From: an uncultured Actinomycetes bacterium | GTDB taxonomy: Bacteria; Chloroflexota; Dormibacteria; Aeolococcales; Aeolococcaceae | DNA length: 64,000 nt | Direction of reading: 5' to 3' | Assembly (NCBI GenBank): GCA_964499205.1 | Contig: CAZCJX010000006.1 | Coordinates: 2,533-66,532, forward strand | Shown: positions 35,003 through 43,668 of the stretch, piece after piece | How positions within the stretch are numbered: the first letter of the stretch is position 1 | How the letters are laid out: every line of letters begins with the position of its first letter | Notes under the pieces: generated by a model | Database searches by the model: none | Told to the model about the DNA's origin: nothing | The model's input: only the letters and a program-made list of their open reading frames with translations | Made by a program: the position numbers and the translations under genes

Positions 35003-35584
35003 ATGTGCGGACTGCTCGTGATCGGCGCCGGCATGTCGGTCTCCGGTTGCTCGGATCTGACTCCCCTCTCGATCCGCTTCGTCACCAACGCGCCGCCCGC
35101 GCCGGCGCGTGTGACCAGCGGTGACTACGTGCTCTCCGGTGGAGTCAACGCACACCTCGCCGACCAGGCCGGCTTCTGCGGCAACGTCTCCTCGTCGGGC
35201 GGCCAGCAGCTGTTCCTCGCCGTTCTGCTGGCGGATGACGGCGTGACCCAGTCGTTCGTCCGCCTGTCGGTGCGGCCAGCGCAGGCCTCCACCGGGACAC
35301 CCGCCCACACCGGGACATTCGACCTGTCCCGCGCCGGCCTCGTCGTGCAGCTGGGAGTGAACCCGGCGACGCTCTCCCAGGGCCTCGATCCCAAGGCGCG
35401 GACGTTCCGGGCCAGCTCCCTCCGCGTCACCGTCTCGCCGGACTCCGCGGGCAGCGTCACCGCGGTTCTGCAGGAGGTCAAGGTGGGCGCGTCCTCCACG
35501 GGCTCGACCACCCTGCAGCCGGTGAGCGGGGCGCCGACGGTCAACCTCAAGGGACGGTTCCAGTGCGTCGCGCCGGCGTCCTGA
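35003..35584 (+). CDS. Hypothetical lipoprotein
   Basis: Lipobox VSGC. True start may be ATG 34989 with a 1-nt deletion (see findings). Confidence 0.6.
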   Translation: MCGLLVIGAGMSVSGCSDLTPLSIRFVTNAPPAPARVTSGDYVLSGGVNAHLADQAGFCGNVSSSGGQQLFLAVLLADDGVTQSFVRLSVRPAQASTGTPAHTGTFDLSRAGLVVQLGVNPATLSQGLDPKARTFRASSLRVTVSPDSAGSVTAVLQEVKVGASSTGSTTLQPVSGAPTVNLKGRFQCVAPAS

Positions 35585-35934
35585 TCGGCGTGACCACCGC
35601 GCTCCTGACCCTTGCCGCCTGCGGCGAACCGGCGGAGACCAACGCGCCCATCCACCTGTCGGGCGCGCTCAACGGCGTCTACCACCCCGGCCCCCCGGCC
35701 AGCTGTGGCACCGGCACGACGACGGTGCTGGGCCAGTACGGCCCCAACAGCACACGCGACGTGGGCACCATGACCGTCTCGGACGACGGTTCGGTGTCGT
35801 TCGACGTGTGGAAGGGCCCCTCGTTCTTCGGGCGCGGCGTGGCATTCCGGCCCGGCCACGGTTGGGATATCGACGCCCAGCTGCACGGTCCGGCCAGTGA
35901 GACGGTGACGGCGACAGGGCACCTGCCGTGCTGA
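35563..35934 (+). CDS. Hypothetical lipoprotein
   Basis: MRRAGVLIGVTTALLTLAAC: canonical lipobox LAAC. Confidence 0.75.
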   Translation: MRRAGVLIGVTTALLTLAACGEPAETNAPIHLSGALNGVYHPGPPASCGTGTTTVLGQYGPNSTRDVGTMTVSDDGSVSFDVWKGPSFFGRGVAFRPGHGWDIDAQLHGPASETVTATGHLPC

Positions 35935-38210
35935 CGCATCCCCGCGTTCAACAGCTCGGTGCGCTGATCCTGCCGCGCCTCGAGCTGGTCGTCCTCGTCG
36001 CCGTCGCCCTCGGTGCCTTCGCACTCCCGGGCCGCGCGGTGGGGGGAAGGACCGTTCCCGTTGGGATTCTGGTCATCGCGCTCTCACAGGCGGGCAGCCT
36101 GGCGTTGCTCGCCGCCGGCCTGGTGCTCGTCTACCGCTCGAACCGCATCATCAACTTCGCGCAGGGCGCGCTCGGTGCCGCCTCCGGCTACCTCTTCTAC
36201 AACGTCGTCGTGCATCGTGAGCTGCTTCACCTGCTCGGCAACATCGGCCTGCCGGTGGGCGACAACGTGTTCACCGCTGGCTACCCGTGGCAGGTGCTCA
36301 ACTTCGTGGTCGCCGGGCTGGCCGCGCTGCTCATCGCTCTGCTGGTGGGGCTGCTCGCCTACTTCGTCGTCATCCGCTGGTTCCAGAAAGCGCCGCCACT
36401 GACGGTCACCGTGGCCACCATCGGCATGTCGTACCTGGTCACCACGCTGCTCCAGCTTCCCCAGCTCCAGGCCATCTGGCCGGCCGACAACGCGACCAGC
36501 TTCCAGATGCCGTTCGACGTCATCCTGACCGTGGGCCCGGTGACGCTGCACATGCTCGACGTCGCCGCCATCGTGATCGGACCGCTGGTTCTCGCCGGAC
36601 TTGGCCTCTACCTGCGCCGTTCGCGGATCGGCATCGCGCTGCGAGCCTCGTCGGCCAATGCGGACAGGGCGAAGACTCTGGGCATGCCGGTGGCGACGGT
36701 CACCTCGGTCGCCTGGATCCTCGCTGCCCTGCTGTCGGGCGTCGCCAGCATCCTCCTCGCCGCCTCCAGCAACAACAGCGGAACCGGCGTGGGGGGCCAG
36801 TCCGGGGCCAGCAACGGTTTTCCCGCCGACCTGCTGGTCACAGTGCTCGCCGTCGCGGTGGTGGCCCGGATGCGCAGCCTGCCGCTGGTGATGGTCGGTG
36901 CGGTCTGCCTGGCGGTCACCGAGCAGTCGCTGGTCTGGAATCTCAACTCGAGCGCTCTGTTCCAGGTGTTCCTGCTGGGGCTGATCGTCGTCTTTCTGCT
37001 GGTGCGTCGCGAGCAGCGCGGGCGGGTGGACGTCGCCGAGGAGACCTTCGCCGCGGCGCGTGAGGCTCGTCCCACCCCGCCGGTGCTGCGCGTGTTTCCC
37101 ACCGTTCGCAACCTGCGCTGGCTGCTCTGGGCGGTCGCCGCCATCACCCTGGTGCTCTTCCCGTGGGTGGCTCCGCCCGCCACCATCGAGGGTGCGACGG
37201 TGGCGATCGTCTACGCGATGATCGGCCTGTCACTCTTGGTGTTGACCGGGTGGGCCGGCCAGATCAGCCTCGGCCAGTTCGCCTTCGCGGGCATCGGCGC
37301 GTACATGGCCGCGCTGCTCGGCGGCACGGCCGGGATGCCGATGTTTCTCGCCGTCATCGTCGGCGCTGTCGCCGGCGCCCTGCTGGCGACGGTGATCGGG
37401 CTGCCGGCCCTGCGCCTGCCGGGGCTGAACCTCGCGGTGGTGACGCTGGCCGTGGCCATCGCCACGACGGCCGTGCTGCTCAACCCGAACTACCTCGGCC
37501 ACTTCCTGCCGACCAAGCTGAATCGCCCCGGGCTGCTGGGGCTCGACGGCGAAGACCCGCACGTGTACTTCTACCTGATCCTCGTCCTGCTGGCCGCCGT
37601 CGCGCTGTCGGTCATGGGCCTGCGGCGCAGCCGCCTGGCCCGCGCGCTGATCGCGTCGCGCGACAACCCCTACGCGGCGCAGTCGTTCGGAGTCAGCCTG
37701 TTCGCGGCGCGCCTCAAAGCGTTCGCCATCTCCGGTTTCATCGCCGCGCTGGCCGGCGGACTCTTCGCATACGAGCAGCACGGCGTCCACACCGAGAGCT
37801 TCACCGCCGACTCCAATCTGCTCCAGTTCCTCACCGCCGTCACCGGCGGCCTCGGCTCGGTGATCGGGCCGATGCTGGGAGCCGCAGTGGGATTCGTGCT
37901 GCCGCTGCTCAATCTGCCCGTCATTTCCACCGCGGGCATCCCGGTGCTGGCGCTGGTGCTGCTGCTGTTCTACCCGAGCGGCCTGAGCGGCATCGCCTTC
38001 GGGCTGCGCGACGTCGTGTTGCGGCGGGTGGCGACGCGTCACCGCATCGACGTGCCCAGCCTGCTGCGCGGCAGCGTCGCCGATCGCCGCCATGCACGCG
38101 CACCGCTGGCACCGCGCAAGCAGGACGCGACCCTGGCGGAGGAGGCGCCCTACCGGATCACCGCACAGTGGACCTACGCCGGCAGCGGCGCGGGTGACGG
38201 CGAGCCATGA
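35928..38210 (+). CDS. Branched-chain-type ABC permease, fused LivH+LivM
   Basis: 'GLVLVYRSNRIINFAQG', 'GIALRASSANADRAKTLG', 'LTGWAGQISLGQFAFAGIG', 'ARALIASRDNPYAAQSFG', 'GGLGSVIGPMLG'. Confidence 0.9.
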   Translation: MLTHPRVQQLGALILPRLELVVLVAVALGAFALPGRAVGGRTVPVGILVIALSQAGSLALLAAGLVLVYRSNRIINFAQGALGAASGYLFYNVVVHRELLHLLGNIGLPVGDNVFTAGYPWQVLNFVVAGLAALLIALLVGLLAYFVVIRWFQKAPPLTVTVATIGMSYLVTTLLQLPQLQAIWPADNATSFQMPFDVILTVGPVTLHMLDVAAIVIGPLVLAGLGLYLRRSRIGIALRASSANADRAKTLGMPVATVTSVAWILAALLSGVASILLAASSNNSGTGVGGQSGASNGFPADLLVTVLAVAVVARMRSLPLVMVGAVCLAVTEQSLVWNLNSSALFQVFLLGLIVVFLLVRREQRGRVDVAEETFAAAREARPTPPVLRVFPTVRNLRWLLWAVAAITLVLFPWVAPPATIEGATVAIVYAMIGLSLLVLTGWAGQISLGQFAFAGIGAYMAALLGGTAGMPMFLAVIVGAVAGALLATVIGLPALRLPGLNLAVVTLAVAIATTAVLLNPNYLGHFLPTKLNRPGLLGLDGEDPHVYFYLILVLLAAVALSVMGLRRSRLARALIASRDNPYAAQSFGVSLFAARLKAFAISGFIAALAGGLFAYEQHGVHTESFTADSNLLQFLTAVTGGLGSVIGPMLGAAVGFVLPLLNLPVISTAGIPVLALVLLLFYPSGLSGIAFGLRDVVLRRVATRHRIDVPSLLRGSVADRRHARAPLAPRKQDATLAEEAPYRITAQWTYAGSGAGDGEP

Positions 38211-41200
38211 TCGAAACGCCGCGCGTCGCCACCAGCGAGCGGCCGATGGCGCCCTCCCCGCGCGAGGTGAGCGAGGGCCATGCGCCGATCGAGTCGCAGA
38301 GACCGCGCGCCGTGCGGACCGAGGAGCGGTCGCCGGCGGTGCCGTTGAGCCGGCGCGGTGGCGACGCTGTGCGCGAGCTCGATCCTCGGAGGGTGACCGA
38401 AGGATTCAGCCCCTTTCCCATGCTCGTTTTCGGCCTCATGGGGTTCGTCGTCGCAGTGCAGGGCCAGGCGCTCGCCGTGGTGCTGCCCCAGGCGCAGGCG
38501 ATCGGCGTCAGCGCCGCCGCGCTGGGTGTCCTGGTGAGCTTCATCAACGGCGCCTTCAACATCGGCGGCGTCGGCCTCGGCTACCTGGCTGACCGCTTCC
38601 GCATCCGCGTCGTCTTTCTGCGCGCCGGCCTTGCCGTCAGGACGGTCGGTGCACTGATGATCGGCTTCGCCGCCGGCCCGGCGGCGTTCGTCACCGCCAA
38701 CCTCATCGGTGTCGCCGGCAACCTCGCCGCCCAGCCGCAGGTGAGCATCCTGCGAGACGTGTATCCCGTGGCGCAGACGCTGCGGGCGGGATTCTTCAAC
38801 GCCAAGCTGCAGCAGCTGGCCATCGTGATCGGACCCACGCTGGCGGGGGTGGTGACGGTGTGGGTGGGATGGCAGTGGATGCTCGTCCTCGTCGGCCTGC
38901 TCAGCATTCCGGTGGTCTGGATGAGCTTCCATCTCCGCGAGCCGCGGCAGGGCGGCGTCGACGCGCCGGAGAGCGCGGACACGGAGGGCCAGCCGCCGAT
39001 CAGCTTCGGCCACGCCCTGGCCATGCTGTGGTCGATCAGGACGATGCGGCTCATCCTCCTGGCCTATCCCTTCCTGGCCATCGCCGCCATCGTCGTCCCG
39101 TTCTCCGGGATCTACTTCGCGGCGCAGTGGCAGCTGGGGCCTGTCACCCGTGGCCTGGCGATCTCCTCGGCGGGCGCGGTGTCCGTCGTCGGACTGATCG
39201 TCTTCACGCCCCTGATCCGCTCCTTCAGCGAGTACAAGCAGGGAAGGCTCCTGAGCATGTCGGCGCTGCTGCTCGTCTGGCAGGCGCTGTGTGCGATCGG
39301 CATGGTGGTGGCGCCGAGCCTGCCCCTGGCCCTCGCCGCGTTCTGGGGCGTGGCCCTGGTGTACGCGATCGTCGCCCAGACCGTGGCGAGCCTGGTGCAG
39401 GCGATCGTCCCCGCTCGCATCCGCACGCTGGGCGTGGAATCGCTGAGCTTCATGGCCATCGTGGTCCCGCTGTATCTCCTGGTGGCTCCCACCGTGATGA
39501 CCGCGCTCTTCGGCGCCATCGGCATCACCGTCACGCCCGGAGTTAAAAGCGTCGCAGGCTATGTGCCTGCGATGCTGATCGGCGCCTTCTTCGTCGCCCG
39601 TGCCGCTCGCATGGTCGAGCCCGACATTCGCAGCGCGATCTCGGTCACCATCGCCGAGGCGGTGGTCGGCGAAGCCCGCGCGCAAGGCCGCAACACGCTT
39701 CTCGTGTGCCGCGGCCTCGAGGTCGAGGTGGGAGGCGCGCAGATTCTGTTCGGTGTCGACCTCGACGTCGAGGACGGCGAGGTGGTGGCCCTGCTCGGCA
39801 CCAACGGAGCCGGCAAGTCGACGCTGCTGCGCGCCATCTCGGGTGTGCACCACGCCTCGTCGGGCGGCATCTTCTACGACGGGGAGGACATCACCCACGC
39901 TCCGCCGCACGCCAACGCGCGCCGCGGGATCGTGATGCTGCCCGGCGGCCACGCTGTGTTCCCGGAGATGACGGTGGCCGACAACCTTCGTGCCGCCGCC
40001 TGGATCGACCGCAGCGACGCCCGGGAGGTCCAGCAGCGCGTCGACGATGTGCTCTCCCGCTTCCCGCAGCTGCGCGAGCGGCTGTCGGTCATGGCCGGCT
40101 CGATGTCGGGTGGCGAGCAGCAGATGCTCGCCGTGTCCCAGGCGTTGCTGATGCGACCGCGGCTGCTGATGATCGACGAGCTGTCGCTGGGACTCGCGCC
40201 GCGCGTGGTGGAGCAGCTGCTCGGCATCGTCCGGGAGATCAACGCGGACGGCACCACCGTGATCCTCGTCGAGCAGTCGGTGAACGTCGCCCTGGAGATC
40301 GCGTCGCGCGTGGTGTTCATGGACCACGGCGAGGTGCGCTACGACGGACCGGCGGACCGCATCCACGAGCACCGCGAGATCTTCCGCGCCGTGTTCCTCA
40401 CCGGCGGTGCTGAGGTCAGTCGCGGGCCGCGGGCGCGGACCGACCTCTCAGCCGGCGACGAGACGGCCCTGAGCGTCCGGGACCTGCGCGCCACCTTCGG
40501 CGGTGTGACCGCGCTCGACGGCGTGTCGCTCGACGTCCGCGCGGGGGAGATCGTCGGCTTGGTCGGCCCCAACGGCGCGGGCAAGACGACGCTGTTCGAC
40601 GCCATCTCCGGTTTCGTGGCGGTGCGCTCCGGCACCGTGTCGCTGCTCGACCACGACGTCACGGCGAGCCGCCCCGAGGTGCGCGCGCAGCTCGGCCTCG
40701 GGCGCTCATTCCAGAACGTGCGCCTCTTCCCCGCCTTGACGGTGCGGGAGAACCTCACCGTCGCGCTCGACCGGGCGGGCGGGTCGCGGAGCAGCCTCGC
40801 CGCCGCGTTCTGGCTGCCCACCCATGGCAGCAGCGAACGGCGCGCGCAGCGCCGCGTCGAGAGCCTGATCGAGACGCTGGGCTTGCAGCGCTACGCCGAG
40901 AGCTTCATCGGCGAGCTGTCGACGGGGACGCGACGGATCGTCGACTTCGGCTGCATCATCGCCAGCGGACCGCGGGTGCTGCTGCTCGACGAGCCGTCGA
41001 GTGGGCTCGCGCAGGCGGAGGTGGAGGAGCTCGGTCCGCTGGTGTCGCGCATCGCGCGCGACCTGAGATGTGCCGTGCTCATCACCGAGCACGACCTCGG
41101 TCTGGTGGCGTCGATCGCCGCGCGACTCGTGGTGATGGAGCTGGGACATGTCTTTGCCGAGGGCGAGCCCTCCGCTGTCCTCGGCGATCCGGCCGTCCAG

Positions 41201-41329
41201 GCCTTGCTGGCAGGCGGAACCAGCACCGGCCTGCACCGGTCGGGCGGGCGTCGAGCCCTCGAGCCTCTGCTGGGTTCGAACGGCAAGGGTCGAGTGGAGA
41301 CAGCGACGCTGAGAGAAGTCGATCGATGA
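38207..41329 (+). CDS. MFS-like domain fused to two ABC ATPase domains (LivF-type then LivG-type)
   Basis: Multi-TM MFS-like N-half (GYLADRFR loop motif); NBD1 GTNGAGKS/MSGGEQQ/LMIDE/VEQ; NBD2 GPNGAGKT/LSTG/LLLDE/TEHD. Confidence 0.85.
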   Translation: MIETPRVATSERPMAPSPREVSEGHAPIESQRPRAVRTEERSPAVPLSRRGGDAVRELDPRRVTEGFSPFPMLVFGLMGFVVAVQGQALAVVLPQAQAIGVSAAALGVLVSFINGAFNIGGVGLGYLADRFRIRVVFLRAGLAVRTVGALMIGFAAGPAAFVTANLIGVAGNLAAQPQVSILRDVYPVAQTLRAGFFNAKLQQLAIVIGPTLAGVVTVWVGWQWMLVLVGLLSIPVVWMSFHLREPRQGGVDAPESADTEGQPPISFGHALAMLWSIRTMRLILLAYPFLAIAAIVVPFSGIYFAAQWQLGPVTRGLAISSAGAVSVVGLIVFTPLIRSFSEYKQGRLLSMSALLLVWQALCAIGMVVAPSLPLALAAFWGVALVYAIVAQTVASLVQAIVPARIRTLGVESLSFMAIVVPLYLLVAPTVMTALFGAIGITVTPGVKSVAGYVPAMLIGAFFVARAARMVEPDIRSAISVTIAEAVVGEARAQGRNTLLVCRGLEVEVGGAQILFGVDLDVEDGEVVALLGTNGAGKSTLLRAISGVHHASSGGIFYDGEDITHAPPHANARRGIVMLPGGHAVFPEMTVADNLRAAAWIDRSDAREVQQRVDDVLSRFPQLRERLSVMAGSMSGGEQQMLAVSQALLMRPRLLMIDELSLGLAPRVVEQLLGIVREINADGTTVILVEQSVNVALEIASRVVFMDHGEVRYDGPADRIHEHREIFRAVFLTGGAEVSRGPRARTDLSAGDETALSVRDLRATFGGVTALDGVSLDVRAGEIVGLVGPNGAGKTTLFDAISGFVAVRSGTVSLLDHDVTASRPEVRAQLGLGRSFQNVRLFPALTVRENLTVALDRAGGSRSSLAAAFWLPTHGSSERRAQRRVESLIETLGLQRYAESFIGELSTGTRRIVDFGCIIASGPRVLLLDEPSSGLAQAEVEELGPLVSRIARDLRCAVLITEHDLGLVASIAARLVVMELGHVFAEGEPSAVLGDPAVQALLAGGTSTGLHRSGGRRALEPLLGSNGKGRVETATLREVDR

Positions 41330-42360
41330 GCAGGAGTGACGAGATGGATGCGGTGATGACGACCAGGGAGACCACCGGTTCCCAGCCGGCCACGGCCAAG
41401 GCCCGGCCGCCGATGAACCGCGCCGTCTTCCAGGAGACGTTTCAGCTGATCGCCGACAACATCGGCCGGGTCATCAAGGGCAAGGACAGCGTGGTCCGCA
41501 TGGTGCTCGTCGCCGTGCTCGCCGAGGGGCACGTGCTCCTCGAGGACCTGCCCGGCACCGGCAAGACCATGCTGGCGCGGTCCCTGGCGGCGACGCTGAA
41601 CCTGCGCGACAACCGCATCCAGTGCACCCCCGACCTGCTGCCGTCCGACGTCACCGGCGCGCCGGTGCTCGACATGAACACCCACCAGTTCGTCTTCCGC
41701 AACGGGCCGGTCTTCTCCAACGTCCTCCTCGTCGACGAGATCAACCGAGCCACGCCGAAGACGCAGTCGGCGCTGCTCGAGGCGATGCAGGAGAAGAACG
41801 TGACGGTGGACGGCGTCACCTACCCCCTGCCGAAACCGTTCCTGATGATCGCCACCCAGAACCCCATCGAGCTGGCTGGCACCTTCCCCCTTCCTGAAGC
41901 GCAGCTCGACCGCTTCATGTTCAAGCTGTCGGTGGGCTACCCGGATCGCCTCCACGAGGTGGAGGTGATGGACACCAACGTCAAACGGGCCGCCATCCTC
42001 GACCTCACCCCCGCCGTCGACGCCGACACGCTCGACTCGATGATCGCGTGGGCCAAGGACGTCGAGGTGTCGGAGGCGGTGAAGCTGTACATCGTCGACC
42101 TCGTCCAGGCGACGCGCAGCGACCCCTCGCTCCAGATGGGTGCGAGCAGCCGCGCCAGCATCGGCATCAACCGTGCGGCGCGCGTGCTCGCCGCCTCCAA
42201 CGGCCGCGAGGACGTCTACGTCGACGACGTCAAGCAGGTGGCCATCCCCACCCTGGCGCACCGCGTGCTGCTGACGCCGGACGCGGTGCTGCGCGACGAG
42301 ACCGTCGAGTCGGTGATCGAGCGGATCATCGGGCGGATCAAGCCGCCCATGGGCGGGTAG
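41326..42360 (+). CDS. moxR: MoxR family AAA+ ATPase
   Basis: GHVLLEDLPGTGKT, RIQCTPDLLPSDVTG, VDEINRATPKTQSALLEAM, ATQNPIE..GTFPLPEAQLDRF. Confidence 0.95.
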   Translation: MSRSDEMDAVMTTRETTGSQPATAKARPPMNRAVFQETFQLIADNIGRVIKGKDSVVRMVLVAVLAEGHVLLEDLPGTGKTMLARSLAATLNLRDNRIQCTPDLLPSDVTGAPVLDMNTHQFVFRNGPVFSNVLLVDEINRATPKTQSALLEAMQEKNVTVDGVTYPLPKPFLMIATQNPIELAGTFPLPEAQLDRFMFKLSVGYPDRLHEVEVMDTNVKRAAILDLTPAVDADTLDSMIAWAKDVEVSEAVKLYIVDLVQATRSDPSLQMGASSRASIGINRAARVLAASNGREDVYVDDVKQVAIPTLAHRVLLTPDAVLRDETVESVIERIIGRIKPPMGG

Positions 42361-42372
42361 AGACAGCTCCCC

Positions 42373-43668
42373 ATGAGCGTGGGTGCCGCGTCGCCGACTC
42401 CGTCTGCCACCGCGCCGCGGGCGCGTGGCGGCAAGGTGACCAACCCCAGAGCTCTTCACGTTCGCATCGAGGAGCTCACGGGAGTGCGCACGGGAGGATT
42501 CATTCTCCTGGCGTTCTTCTTCGTGGGCTGGGGGCTGGGCTACGTCTTCGGCGGCCGCGGGCTGTACCTCCTCGCCTATGGCGCGGTGATCATGTTCGTC
42601 GTCGCGGTGGCGCTCTCGCGACGCAGACGGCCGCTCAGCGCCGAGCGCACCAAGTTGCCGCGACGGGTGCGCGAGGGCCAGACCGTCGCCGTCGAGATCA
42701 CCCTCACCGCCAAGCAGCGGCTCTCCATGTTCGGGATCGTCGAGGACCTGCACGAGCAGCTCGGCGAAGCCGTGCGGCTGTCGATCGACAAGGTGAGCCC
42801 CAACGAGCCGTGGACCTACCGCTACACGATCCGGCCGCGGCTGCGCGGCGTCTTCTCGGTGGGTCCGCTGGTCGCGGTCTGGTCCGATCCACTGGGCCTG
42901 GCGCGCTCCAAGCAGGAGCTGCTGCCGCGCACCCAGATCCTCGTCCACCCGACGGTGAGCGAGGTGCTCGACCGTCCGCTGACGCGCCAGCTGGAGGACC
43001 CGCCGATCCGGCCGCCCAAGACCAAGCCGTGGCCCGCCGGGTTCGAGTTCTACGGCATGCGCGACTACGTCGCCGGCGACGACCTGCGCCGTGTCGTCTG
43101 GAAGGCGGTCGCGCGCACCGGCCGCATGCTGGTGCGCGAGTCCGAGCAGGGCGTCACCGACCAGGTGAACATCCTCCTCGACACCGACCCGGACTGGCAT
43201 CAGCGCGGCGAACCCAGCCCCACCTTCGAGACGGCCGTCAAGGCCGCGGCCGCGGTGGCGGACGCGCACTTCAAGAACGGCTTCTCGGTGAGCCTGTTCA
43301 GCAGCGAGAAGGTGCTCGCCGACACGCTGCGAGGTCCCAACGCCCGCCTGCTCCTTCTCGACGAGCTCGCCCGCGTCGGCCGTGGCAAGAAGCCGCTCGC
43401 CAAGGGTGTCGAGCTGCTGGTCGGGCGGGCGGGACGCACCGCCCACAACGTGATCATCACGCCGTACTTCGACGGCCAGGCGGCGGCGAGGACCGCGCTG
43501 CTCACCGCGCGCGGCGCCTCCGTCCGCGTGGTGCTGATCCGCTGGGAGGAGAGCGACCAGGGAAGCGTGCACCGAGCCACCGAGGTGGGCGCGGAGGTCA
43601 CCACCGTGGTCGCCGGCGGTGCGCTCACCGCTGCCTTCGCCCACGCTGTCGGAGCCGGTCGGCGATGA
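42373..43668 (+). CDS. DUF58 domain-containing membrane protein
   Basis: Two N-terminal TMs; RLRGVF.VGP, 'EFYGMRDYVAGDDLRRVVWKAVARTGRMLVRE'. Confidence 0.9.
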   Translation: MSVGAASPTPSATAPRARGGKVTNPRALHVRIEELTGVRTGGFILLAFFFVGWGLGYVFGGRGLYLLAYGAVIMFVVAVALSRRRRPLSAERTKLPRRVREGQTVAVEITLTAKQRLSMFGIVEDLHEQLGEAVRLSIDKVSPNEPWTYRYTIRPRLRGVFSVGPLVAVWSDPLGLARSKQELLPRTQILVHPTVSEVLDRPLTRQLEDPPIRPPKTKPWPAGFEFYGMRDYVAGDDLRRVVWKAVARTGRMLVRESEQGVTDQVNILLDTDPDWHQRGEPSPTFETAVKAAAAVADAHFKNGFSVSLFSSEKVLADTLRGPNARLLLLDELARVGRGKKPLAKGVELLVGRAGRTAHNVIITPYFDGQAAARTALLTARGASVRVVLIRWEESDQGSVHRATEVGAEVTTVVAGGALTAAFAHAVGAGRR

